64,000 nucleotides of DNA from contig CAJINV010000031.1 in the NCBI GenBank assembly GCA_905178155.1, forward strand, positions 62,001 to 126,000, in the 5' to 3' direction. Every line of letters begins with the position of its first letter. The stretch's first letter is position 1. This DNA is from Amoebophrya sp. A120 (Eukaryota; Protista; Dinoflagellata). Positions 1-12,094 of the stretch are shown piece by piece. A model generated the notes under the pieces. The model had not been told where the DNA came from. It did no database searches and worked only from the letters and a program-made list of their open reading frames with translations. Position numbers and translations under genes: made by a program.

Positions 1-86
1 AGGTCGATGACAGTAGCGGCGAGGGGAAGGAGCATTCTGCCGCTGCGAAAAACCAGACGCAGACCGTCCGCCGACAGCATCGCAGT

Positions 87-1920
87 TTGTTGGGTGTTGG
101 CAGCAGCGAAGATGTAGTGCAGCTGCGGGCACGAGGTGAAGAACAGGTCGCGCCGAAAGCACCGCAGAGGAAGGAAAAAGTAAAAGCCGCAGTTAGTAGT
201 CGCAGTCTAGAGCACAAGAAAAGGGTAAAGAAAGTAGAGCGTCCGTGGACAGAAGATGACATCTTTGATTTTGGAAATCAAGTTGCCCCAGGCGTGTTCG
301 TCGGGCCGGACAAGCTCTTCGCACTGGTGCATAAAGACGATGTGGAGAACAAGTTCCGACGGCGAGCAGGGAGCGAGCAGGTGGTCTCGGACGCGTACGA
401 CAAACACAACACCGACGCCGTGTTGCGGTGGAAAAAGGAGGTAGCAGACAAGTGCCTCACCCACGTCGTCTTATCCTGCTTAAAAAAGCTCCCACCCCAG
501 AGTCAAGATGAGAAATGTGCATCGCAAATCCAAATTCCTATAGTTTTTGGAGTTGAGCATGACAAGTTCCTATTAGTAGCGCACTGCTGGTTAGTAAGAA
601 GGATAGCCGTACCACAAGGTCGCGCCCTTTGTTTCCTGTTATTTGCAGCATTACAATTGCCAAGACGCGGCTAGACGAATTGCCTCTCACGATGTAGATG
701 CAATTCTGCATGACGACTCTGTGCTGGGGACGTTTTTGCTCAGGATGCATGTCGATCCACGATTATTTGACCATAGACAAGAAAAACTTTCCGAACGTCA
801 GGGAGCTCTCGCACTTTTCGGGACTCTGTGACGACGATGCCACGGAGCTGGGGCCGGTGCTCGAGTCCGCAATTACCGCCATACACGAAGGCTTGTGGCA
901 GTTGGCCGTCGGCGGAGCGGCGCCGATCCGCTTAGACGCGATCGCACGAGAGCAATGGAACGCGCTTGTGGTGCATTCCGATTCCGAAGATGGCGGCGAG
1001 GGCGAGGATGGTCAAGTTCCCGCTTCTGCGAGGCCGGCGAAGAGGACGAAGCTCTCGGCGACGCAGCATCATGAGCAACAGCGTAACCCCGTCCGAGTGG
1101 AGGCCGCGGCGCGTTGTGAAGAGGCAAGCAACCCCGAACGAACGTTGCGGAACAAAAAAACGCCTTTCCAGCTACCACGCTGTCGGTCTTTGCGTAGAAG
1201 GTTTTTTGATGTGGTCCCCCTAGTGCAGGATAGATGGTGATGATGCATGAAGACGTTAGTGATAATTGTATGTAAAATGCAAAAGTGCAAGGGAAATGCA
1301 AATGGAAATCACGTACAACAGGCTTATTTTTAATTTGGCCGTGCGGCATTTCTACGCATGACGGAGGGATGAACTTTGTGTATTTTGAAAGTGCGCAAAA
1401 CCAAAAGTGGCTGTGATGGTTTCTTTTTCTTGGATACGCCCTGGTGTACATTCACTGTCACCAAGGGTGCAGTCGTTCTGCGGCGTTGTGGATCGCGTAC
1501 GTGGTATGCTGCTGTGAAGTTCCTGATCTAGAATTAGCTCTCCACACGGCACAGCAAGGACGTTACCTGGTATCGCCGAATGACGCCTTCCTAGAACAGG
1601 GCAAGGGGAAAGGCTTCGGAGGGGGCTCGTCATCCTCGTCATCATCATCATCTTCTTCTTCGTCTTCTAGTTCCTCCTCGAACAAGCAGGGAGAGAGAAA
1701 CGAAAACCAACAGCAGGACACGAAGCATACAGCAATCAGCGTGACGCGGACGCAGTCGCGGCGTTTTTGGCGAACCACTTCGCGAGAAAACACTTCGACG
1801 CCACGAACTTCTACAACCCGGCGGTTCTCCCGACAGACCACCGGGAACACATCTTTTCCACGCGGATGGCAAAGCCGCCAAGAGTGGCCGCGGGAGCGGA
1901 GCAGCCGAGCTTCGTGCTAG
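87..1920 (+). CDS. Dual-specificity protein phosphatase (multi-exon, both ends uncertain, may start upstream of the window)
   Basis: Catalytic motif VYIHCHQGCSRSAALWIAYV at 1444-1503, followed by SPNDAFLEQ; removing element 472-747 gives CLTHVVSIHDY; the junction near 1160-1440 is unresolved. Confidence 0.75.
472..747. mobile_element. TIR introner element, family D (degenerate)
   Basis: TATCCTGCTTAAAAAAG...CGTTTTTGCTCAGGATG; TSD cgtct/catgt; removal restores frame. Confidence 0.75.
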
Positions 1921-3187
1921 ACGAGAATCTAAAGTCGGCAAACACCACACAGCCTGGAAGAGCATCTGCGCGCGTTCTATCGTGTGGGAAAATTTCCGGT
2001 TTGCCTGGGAGTCTGTTCCTGTAGTACAGAGCGGCTTTTGTGTTTGTTATGGACCAATTTGTACTGCATGGCAAGTGTTTATATTTGCATTTTGTGTGGT
2101 GTGGGTCTCTGAAAATCAAAATTCAGATAGGAAATTTGCCCAACTCCATGTCCAACTCCAACTCGGCGGACGGGAAGCGACCTCCGGAACGCAAAGAAAG
2201 AGATGGCGAGCTTCTTTCGGATCACTGATTCTCAGTCCGTCTTCGCTGCAAACAGGTTGTGAAAATCCGGACACTCTCGTTAGATTACATTTTTATCAAA
2301 ACCTTCTAGCAGCACTTTTGTATACAGTTCGGCCTCGGCAGCGTGTTTTTTTTACAACTTCGATGCTCATGATTCAGTGCGGAGCATAATTTTCGGGCAG
2401 TCGCTCTGTCCTGCAACGTTGATACCATTTTTTTCTGCATCGCTTCTGACACGACATACAGTAGAGTAAGTAGTCACGCACAACAAGTATGGCAGCAATG
2501 ACAAAGAAACTACGCGAACAAATCACGTTCGCGAAAATCCCCTGCTAGTTGCAGCGGAACTCTTTTCAGTAGATTGTCGTCGTAGGCGTAGTGTTCAACT
2601 GTCGCGGACATCTTCAGCGGGATGTAGAACTTCTGCACACACTGCATGCAGCTACCACGACTCGGTATCGTGCAACTCTGTGGGACTGTTTGGCCCGTGC
2701 TTCATTTCGTAGAACAGACAACATTGTCGGTCAAGGAACGTTGTTCGTAGATAGATTGCGATTCAGATTCGGATTCGGGCGGGGATGCACGTACAACGAC
2801 AAATCGAATTTGCGGGGGTTCCACTTGTAGTCCTCGTTATCCAAGCGTATCGTTCTGAATATTTCCATCATCGTCGTAGTCACATTCTTGTGGGAGGGCG
2901 ATTTTGGAGATTTCACTGTAAATCAAAATTTATGGTACTGTTTTTGGCGTGAACTTTTCGAACGAACAGCAACAGCATACCGTCTCTCCTTGTCCTCCCA
3001 GTCAACCCCTGGATCATCCACTACCTACCCACCACAGAATTTTTTAAACTGCGCAGCTTGCGTTAAAAATAGAAGTTTATACAAGATCGATTTTTGGTTT
3101 GTCGTCTAAATTGCTAAGGAAATAAAATCAGATCCAAAAAGCACGCTCCTATCAGACAGTCAGTCTGCTTCCACCCCAGTTGGCATC

Positions 3188-4174
3188 ATGTCTCTCCGTC
3201 GCTCGGCGTCAATTCCGGCGGAGCTCTGGCCGCGGTACAAGTTTTTTTCCGACCCGACCACGCAAAGCCGACTAGATGCGGACCCAAAGAGGCTGGCACA
3301 CATCCAGAAAGACCCCAGCACAATAAAGTGGGAAAGACCCTCCAGTCTGGTGGAAGACGCGAGCTGGGACAAGTACAGCATTTTTTTCATCTAGGCGCTT
3401 CTAGCCCTGGTGTATTTTTCACCGCCTGGCTACCTAGGGAGACAAAATGACAGTAAATTACCTTTCGTCTCCGACCAAGACCAATACTTGCGAAAATTGA
3501 TGTAGTAGTGGAAGAATATCACTTTGGTAGAAGGAGGATTCATCTCCAGGACGAGCTAGTACGCGCTCGCGCTTTATACTCTGAAAGGTCGGATGGACTT
3601 CTGTAAAACCGAAAGAAAAAAAACCCTTAGGTACTACTTTTTCTCGGACCCGTCAATCGGAAGCTCCGTGCACACCACCGCGAGAAAAGGGCGCAGTCGA
3701 GTTGCGGCAAACGGGCCAAATACCTTCGGACCGCAATTTGTGAGCAAGTTTACGCCCCCTCTGGATACCAGCAAAAAGTACATTTTTTTTTGTTGCATAA
3801 AGGACTGATAGATCTGTTGATGTAAAGCTGTCGCCTCGACATCGACCGCGACACTGCGGGGCGAAGTTCATCTTGAGAAAGAGTCACGATGGTCATGGTG
3901 TCAAGCATGTTTCGATCTCAGGATCAGTTGTATGCGAAAGAAATTAAGTAGCCCTCGGATTTATTTCTCCATCACAATACTACATTTTTCACCACAGGCT
4001 GGCAGCAACAACGCACGATGCGACATACAAGGACCTGATGCCGCGCGTGATTGAGGAGAAGGCACCCGAGAAGAGTATTTGCCCCCACATCTTTCCCCAT
4101 GGCCACGTTACGATCGACAAGCTGTTCGCCAACCCGCGGCCGCAGGGACCGTCCGGCCGGGCCATGATCATCTG
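3188..4174 (+). CDS. Hypothetical small multi-exon protein
   Basis: Three GC-richer blocks (about 3188-3371, 3631-3777, 3998-4174) separated by GT..AG-like AT-rich stretches; FFSDP occurs in two exons. Confidence 0.35.
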
Positions 4175-5663
4175 AAAATCTCCGTCGCGGTTTTTTTTGT
4201 AACGTTTTATGAATGTTTCTTTCTCGGTCGTCCAGATGTCTCTTTCTCATTTAAGTGACCTAATGCGCCACGGTGATGTAGATGAAAAGGACTGACTCAA
4301 CAGTATAGTAACGCCTACGGTAGTACTTCTTTGGAAGGCCGTAGTGCCAATCATACGACAAAATTGGCTCGAAGAAGTAGAATACGTACTACAGTAGCAG
4401 AGTAGAATAACTCATTCATTGTACACTAGGAATCCTAAAGCTTGCACAGGACTATTGGATTAACTTACTTTGATTGTCAGTAGCATTACTTGATGCATCC
4501 AGTATCGTAATGTACAACAAGAGGAAGCAACTGCTGGCCACCGGCGCACAGGAATATTGGATAAACTTTGTTCTCGGCTGCCCAGCGGAGAGAGGGACGA
4601 CCACGACCGCGATCTCTTTCGCCGCAACTACGCTTATGTCGGAGAACGTGACACGATAGAAACTTGATGTCCTATTGTGCTTTTGCCATTGATTTGTACT
4701 CTCCATAATTTCCTCGTCCTGCACCAAAAGACGCTACGTACTGCGAGCCCCTTTTCTTTCACCAGTTTCTGACAGTTATCATGCGCTTTTTGTTTACCAT
4801 TTCTAGTTACCTCCCCATCGATGCTATGCTCGGGCACCCAACACAAATTGACAGTGCTCATCCTTCGTTGGAAGGACAGTACACGATAGGCTAGTACCCA
4901 GGTGTGAATACATAGGAGCTATCATCAATCTATTTTATCATGATGCGATCAAATCATGATCAAGATCGTTCCATTTTTTTCTGGGGTCAAGCTGCCCCGT
5001 GTTCTTCACACAAAAGTAGACAAATGATAACCACCTTGATACGAGGAGCTGTTCTCGATATCTCGAGCAAATTCATGGGTCTGGTAGCCAAATGGTGCGG
5101 GCAAGTAGCCCCCGGGCCGCCCAGAGTGGTCTTTACGAGGTGCTAGTGGTGGTGCAGAGAAGATCAAGAAAATTTAAAATGCAATGTGGAATTCTTTTCG
5201 ACTCCAAATGAACACAAAGATCTTGATGCATGCTGGACGGAAGTAGGTGCAGCTGCGTTCCTTAAGTGCCATCTCCGCAAGCTGCTTTCGGTAAATCGAC
5301 AGCAGCGACCGGTAAATCATAAAGATCAAGTTGTTTTCCCCGTACAGGAATAAGTTCGTCTTGAGGAAAATTTCGCAGATTAACAGACTGACTAAAACAG
5401 TCGGACACCTTACCTGTCCTACCAGGAGACAAGTGATTCTTGGGTAATCTGCGTCGAAAAAGTAGATACGTTTTGTGTAGTCTTCGATCGGAACCAAAAC
5501 CAATTTTCCTCACGCCATTTGACATGTTTAGCACACTTTAAGTACAAAAACTCCGAGCGCGCCTCGTTGACATACTGCAGCCTACTTATAAGTAAAGCTT
5601 AGTTCTTCGGACGAGTTTCCAAATCACCTAAGACAAAAGTCCTCGACCGCGAGCCACAAGGAG

Positions 5664-7172
5664 ATGCTTGAGTCCTCTGTTTCGGGTCGCGGGCCGTCCT
5701 CCTCCGCCCGCAGTATGCTGCTACTGCCGTCGCTTGCAATTCAAGTTGTAGCGTTGGCATTTTTCATCTTTCACGATACAGCCCTCTCCGGCGTCAAGGG
5801 CGTTCGCGTACGTAGTTCCGCCTCCCATTCCCGCCCTGCCTCTTCGTCTGCCGGCGCCCAGACGCACGGCCCGGGGGACTCGCGCGTTCATCGAGATGTT
5901 GAAGTGGCAAAAAGGCTCGGACATGACCTCGCTTTGTGCTTCAGCACCGTTCAGACGCCGGGACCGGAGAAACAGGAGACAAAGCGGACGAGTCGTGCTT
6001 TGGAAAAATTCAATCGAATGACGTTTCAAAGCGGCGAAGTCGAAGACAAAGCGGAGACAATGCGGGGCGAGCTTCTGGAAAAACTCACGAGGGAACGTCG
6101 CGTCGGATGGGCCTCCGCAAAGAAGTTGAAGGGCTTGCGTGATAACCTGCGAGACATGGGCGAAATCATTGGCAAGGCCAACGCCAAGGACACAGGTCGC
6201 GGCGCACCTCCACCTCCTCGGAAAGAAAAGCTCCGGTTTTTGAAGGTGTTTTCGGAGCTTGTGGCGACTGCTTTGGATGCGTCCGAACTTCGCCTCGCCG
6301 CACCGGAGGAATTTGACAGCATAGTGGACGGCGTCATGCTTGCGTGGATCGACGCAGCGGCCGGCGAGGTGGCCTGCCGGACCGCCGAGGGGTCGCCCGA
6401 GCTCTCTTCGCATTGGGAGCGCCCGCCGTACGTCTTCATTCAATCGGCCACGGAAACGGCGGTCGAGTACACTCTCAATGCCCGCCTACAGCAGTTTGCG
6501 AGACGCGCGCGGAAGCGAGGAGTTCCGGCGACTTTTCTAGAAGATTTGCGAAAGTCCGATCTCGTGCGGGGCGTTCTCGTGCGAGCCAACGGAAATGGTG
6601 GTGAGCCAGAGGTGAATTACATGGGCCACAACTTCGGGGAGCGAGTGGAAAGTATGCCGACCGCTTTACGTGGAGTGATTGACGGGAGCGCGCTGCCGCC
6701 TTTTCTGGTTACCCGCTACCCTCCGCTCGATGATCCGTCAGTCCAGCCTAGAAGACTGAAAATACACGCATTGATTCGCTACGAGCCTGCTTTCTTTCGG
6801 TTCTTGTATCATCCGAAAGTGCTGACCCTCGTCAGCGAAATGCCACCACGAGAACGGATCGCAGACACTTTCGTTTATGGCGTTTCAAACGTTACATTCT
6901 CAACTGTTACATGAATTTGTCATGCAAAATTGCCATAAGCCGCCACACGATCAAGGTGCTTCACATGACAAATTCTCGAAGGGCTAAACAGCAGGGGAAT
7001 CCGTTCCAAATTTGTAATGCAAAACGCGCAATCTTCCCGCTTTGGCTTTTACTTTTGCTGTTCTTGCGCCACAAATTAATGTAACAGTTGAGACTGTAAC
7101 AGTTGAGAGTCCCATAGCGTTAGCGGCCTCGAGGGCGAATATCTCGCAGTCGAACTGTTCGGGAGACAGTGA
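5664..7172 (+). CDS. Hypothetical protein with N-terminal hydrophobic segment (2 exons)
   Basis: 416-aa ORF; removing element 6876-7116 continues it as ...DTFVSGLEGEYLAVELFGRQ to TGA at 7170-7172. Confidence 0.7.
6876..7116. mobile_element. TIR introner element, family E
   Basis: TATGGCGTTTCAAACGTTACATTCTCAACTGTTACAT...ATGTAACAGTTGAGACTGTAACAGTTGAGAGTCCCATA; TSD tcgtt/gcgtt. Confidence 0.85.
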
Positions 7173-7199
7173 GGCCGTGATGAGGTCGGCACGGCGATG

Positions 7200-8155
7200 G
7201 GCGTTCCCGAGTACTAGGAAGACCCGAGTTATAACGTTTTCTTCCTTTTTTCGTATTGATTGAAGGAAAATACTGTACGATCAGACGTTTCCAAAAATTT
7301 TGACGAAAAAGACCGATCGCGCAAAGCTTCTTGGCAACTTTTCGGCAGGGCGCTTTATTTATCAGGAACGTAGTATTAGCAGGGTCTCGTGCGTCTATTG
7401 TTTTGATTCGGTTTCGCCTTATTCTAATAATTGACCATTTTGAATTTGATGCACATTCAGAAAACTGGGCCAGGAAAGTGTTCCCAGCCGGTTTCTTTTA
7501 TGTGTAAATACTACCTGTGAAGAAGGCAACACGACTATACGCTACTCATGTATGATGAGAATGTAAATTTTTCGAGTTAGGTCGAGGTAAAACGTCGCTC
7601 GCAATTATTTTGGTCCAAGGCTCCCCAGTTTATCGACTTACGGTAAGGCAAGGTACAAGTTTGCTCGTTGTTATTTTATGGTTGGTCCAATGTAGTTCTC
7701 CAGTTTAACAGCTTTTTTTGGTAGGTTTGGTAGTTGTAAGTGACACCAAAAAATCTGAAGAGGTTTAGGTAAGGTCTCCCAGGTTTGCCTCCGGTTCTGT
7801 TGTCTGCTGAAAAAAGAAGAAGTTTTGAACAAACAAGCAGGCTCTACCATTTTAGGCCGTAAAATTTACGGCCGTTGCTGGCGTTGCGAGTGCGTGACTT
7901 CAGTTTCGAGTCTGCGTCGCGGGGCAGATAGACGATCTCGCGCACGCAATACCACAAAGACAAAAAAAAAGGCGTAGCTGTTGTAACAAGAAAGCAAAAA
8001 CTACACGAAAGAAATCTATCGCAAGACGAAAACAGGTTTGCGTACAATCTTGGAAAAAAGTTTTCAAACGTAAACCACTGGAAACAAACGTGGATGTGAT
8101 ACATTTCCTACCAGGAGCGCACGAGGTGGAAGGCAGTACTACCTGCTCCCAAAAG
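7200..8155 (+). repeat. Diverged non-coding direct repeat, copy 1
   Basis: Shares colinear blocks with 9315-9815 (GGAAGACCCGAG.TATAACGTTTTC, TGGGCCAGGAAAGT.TTCCCAGCC, ACGCTACTCATGTATGATG, GAAGGCAGTACTAC.TGCTCCCAAAAGT). Confidence 0.8.
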
Positions 8156-8693
8156 TTTTTTCCGCTGATGTTTTTTTTCGCTGCTTTTTTGCATTCAGTA
8201 TTGCGTCAGTTGTCGGATACTTACCTCCTAGGACGACATTGCATCGGTATTGTTTTGTCATGTTGACGAGTGTCGGCTTTGTTTGTTTTCATGGGTGCGT
8301 TTCGTCGACCTTTTTTTACCTATTATGGGTAGGAATGTCCGTATAGGAGTTATGCCGAGAAATAATCCACGGACAATCCTGAAGAACCTGAGTCATATTT
8401 TTGACGTGACTTTCCTGGTCTGTTTTTTTCCACGATCTAATTGTACATATCAATGTCTGTCTGTGCTTCTCGTCTCTACTGGTGCGAAACAAGGTTCTAG
8501 TTTCAAAGCGTGGTTGTGTCTCACCCACCTAATAGCACAGATGCCGATGTGAAGTTCGTGATAGCACCTTCTCTGTCTTTCTCCTGCTCGCGAACCCCAG
8601 ATTTAACTTGCTCCTCTACAACTTCGTGACCAGTTATTTACGGTCTCGTAGTGTCTCTTCTTTGAAAGCTAGATACAACGGTGGAAAGCGAAA

Positions 8694-8900
8694 ATGGGCA
8701 GATCGAGCAAAGTGGCGTATGGGAAATACGGGAAGAGCATAGTGAAGAAAGGACACAAGAAGCAGACCGGTGGAGGGCTGGTTGCGGCGGACCTGAGTCG
8801 CAATAAGAAAGGTAAAGTGGTGCAGGCCAGCCGCAGCGTATTTGAAGCAACGCAAGCAGATGGTCCTCGGCCCGCGTGGCGTTCTTCGCTTCGCAGATAG
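8694..8900 (+). CDS. DVNP: DVNP-like (dinoflagellate/viral nucleoprotein), short or truncated
   Basis: Basic 68-aa ORF SKVAYGKYGKSIVKKGHKKQTGGGLVAADLSRNKKGKVV resembles the DVNP core (SK.A.GK.AK..VF.G.K.KT.GGL...DL.KNK.GK.VS). Confidence 0.75.
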   Translation: MGRSSKVAYGKYGKSIVKKGHKKQTGGGLVAADLSRNKKGKVVQASRSVFEATQADGPRPAWRSSLRR

Positions 8901-9314
8901 GAGCGCGCGCGCCACGCCTCCGTGTGATCCCCCAGGAATCTGACGTGCACGCGCAGCGATGCCCGGATGCGCTAAGAGCACCTAGCTAGCTCTGTCGTGT
9001 GCTCTCCGTTCCGGGAATATTGACAAACATTTTATGCCAGCGTGCAGCCACTCGCACTGCTTTCTTATATATTTATTTACATCAGACTTGTGCGTGCAAA
9101 TGTTAGAGCGTGCCAAGCTTCTGCTTTGCGTTGTCTGCCCCATAACACATCCTCGCCAAGGAGACGCAGACGCACATCGCGTCCTGGGCGAAAGCAACAA
9201 AACAGGCCAAGCGGGCGCTCGGGCTGACGGGCTTCGTACCAGTGGGAGGCAAATCGCAGACGGGTCAACAGCTGCTTGCCGAGGTGCGCCGCATTTACGC
9301 CGCGGCGAAGGAAA

Positions 9315-9815
9315 ACGTTCCCGAGTAGGAAGACCCGAGCTATAACGTTTTCTCCGTAATTCCTCAGTATCGACTGAGGGAGTTCGAGGGAAGTACTGTA
9401 AGATCAAACGTTTACAAGAATTTTGACATAAGAGACTTGAATGTGCAAAACTCGGGAACTCTTTAGCAGAACGCTTTTGTCAGCTAAGGAGCAGAGTTTC
9501 TTTTGTACGTCTTCTGTTCTTTTGATACACCAACTTGGGCCAGGAAAGTTTTCCCAGCCACGGTTTCTTTTGTTACTACCTGTGAAGGCAACAGAAAAAC
9601 CACGACTTACGCTACTCATGTATGATGCACCTATGGTTTAGCTGTTGTAAGACAGGAGAAACTACACGAAGGAAATCAATCTCAAGACGACAACTACAGG
9701 TTTGCTACAATCTTTAGAACATTTTTTCAAACGGAAACCATTGGAAACAAACGTACTTGATACATTTCCTACCCGGAGCGCATGAGGTAGAAGGCAGTAC
9801 TACTTGCTCCCAAAA
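9315..9815 (+). repeat. Diverged non-coding direct repeat, copy 2 (lacks about 400 bp of copy 1)
   Basis: Colinear similarity to 7200-7560 and 7975-8155. Confidence 0.8.
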
Positions 9816-10722
9816 GTGCAGAGTCGGGCGCTGTTCGCAAGTTCTTTATCTTTCGTGTTGACGTGGCTCATGTAATACATAAAGACTACAATAAACTATG
9901 GCCACAAGAAACTACGCGGAAGACGATCTGGAGTTGCAAGAAGCAACAACTAACAGGATCACGTCGAATAACAGCAAACGCGCTTCTTGCGATCAAACAG
10001 ACACGTATAATTCAAACGGAAAAAAATCTTCTCCTGACTCATCATAGTCGGAAAGAAAGACGGAGAAAGTGAAGGAAACATCAGACAACTCAGGGTGTAT
10101 CGGTGTAGTCCAGTATAATGGATGTTTAGTACTTTATGGAGTCGCGAGACTTTTACTTATCACAGATTGTAAGTCACGGCGGCAATCTTTTTCTTTTCTC
10201 CGCAGAGAAACTTATGAAGACAATATCAAGCCTTGATTCCGTGTGTACTATCTGATGCAGACAGAGGAGTGAATCTGAAGAGCTGTTTTTTTGAGTCCTG
10301 CGTATTGAATTCCAAGCAGCTGCTCTCGTTTGGCAGCAATTACGACCTGAGTAAAATATTGAGTACGTCTTATTTCGTATTTCGCCAACATGAACATACT
10401 GCCTTGTTCACGACCGCATTGAAAACTACCGGCAATGCGATCTACAGGTTGATGCTAGGTGTGGCACTTATGTCGGTTCGCATCAACGAGCCGAAAAAAG
10501 GAGCTGTACAATAATTCCTTGTAAAAATGATGGAGTCGCTGGCGCCGGAGTAGTCCTCTGGGTCGCGTTTCTTTCCCGGCGGCTCCTATTTTGTTGCCAC
10601 AAGTCGCGACTTGAAATCTAGAACCCGAACCAGACACCTACAGCCAGCAGAAGAGGAGGTTCTGTCTTCCACTACGACAGGGACCACCGCACAGTGTAGA
10701 TCTACAAGTTCCGTCCCCTTCT

Positions 10723-12060
10723 ATGTCGGGCGGCGGCGGGGACCCCCCGCCTGCGGGGACGGCGGAGGGCGAGGCGCTACTCGCGAGTCTGTCGCGGGCG
10801 GGCTTCCCGGGGGCGCACCAGCACCAGTCGCCGCTGATCTCGCCCTCGAGCACGCTGAAGGGCATTCCAGGCGGGTTGAGCGCCATATCAAATGTAAAAG
10901 TGTCTGGGTCTGGAAGATTGCCAGGTTTGGCATTCACATTTTGCATGACTCCTGATGTCTGTGATGCATGCCCTAGCATCACAGATTTTGTGAGGGCTTC
11001 CTGTTGCTTATACCGCATGACAAATGCTCTTTCTGTGTAGCAAAACTTGGACTCTCTTTGCTGTTCATGCAATACAGATTTTTTTAGAATCCAAAATCAG
11101 CATGACAAGTTGGATTCTTCGAGACCCAGACATTTTTACAGTTGATACGCCAAGCTGCAGAGCGATGCGTCGAAGATCTCGATCGCCGACCTGGAGGAGA
11201 TCCGGCTGCTGGCGATATGGAGTGCAAAAGTATCGTACTCGTAGTAATCGCAGACATGCATTACAAATCTTGTTCTCAAGGTAAATCCGCATTACAAATA
11301 CGAGTGCGATACTTTTACAATGCATGAGCAACCCAGCCCAACAATGAGGAAACCATCGACGGGGTCGCGCGCCCGGGCCGCAACCTGTCCGCGATGGAGG
11401 TCACGCACCCGCCCTACCAAATTGTGGTCATCTACAACCAGAGCCGCCACGCCTCCAACAGCGTGCTCGCCGACGTGCGAGCGGTTTGGGGCCAGGCGGT
11501 GATCGTGGTGCAAACCGTGGAAGACATATCAAATGCAAGGATTATGTCAGGGTCTGGAAGAATGCAAGTTTATAGTCATGCTCGCCCAGCAAAAGAATCC
11601 TCAAGCCTGTCAACATGCACGCTAGTACTCAAGCAGACTAGAGCGCAAGTTTTCTTTCATGCACATCCGCAGTTTGCCAAATGCAGAATAGACAACACGT
11701 AGCAAGTCAAAATAAACTTGTCATGCTTCGTCGTCAACTGAAGCGTCCTCATGAAGATTTTCGTCCACCCCTGCATCACAAGTTTTTCAGACCTTGAGGG
11801 ATATTTGCACTTGATAAGACAACGCGGTGAGCGAGTCGACCGAGACTACAACGAACTCCGTTGCCAACAACCGCCTCCAGGGGGTCGACGACGTCATTCT
11901 CGTGCGGCCGGGGAAGTGGGGCGACCTGGACCACTTCAAGGAGCGCATGGTACTACACTGATAGAATACAACCGGGATCATATTGATGAAAATCTCGACT
12001 TTATTTTGGAATAAACTACAGGAAGAACAGGACTACTGAAGATTCATTTTTGATGTGTGC

Positions 12061-12094
<34 letters not shown>

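Noticed and set aside
1161-1441. Possible degenerate element ending TTTCTTGGATA with flanks cgcct/cgccc in the phosphatase gene
   Set aside because: No recognisable left TIR, and removal is out of frame unless the adjacent A-run has an error.
5721-6443. 240-aa minus-strand ORF and similar antisense ORFs
   Set aside because: Shadows of GC-rich + strand exons with no recognisable motifs.
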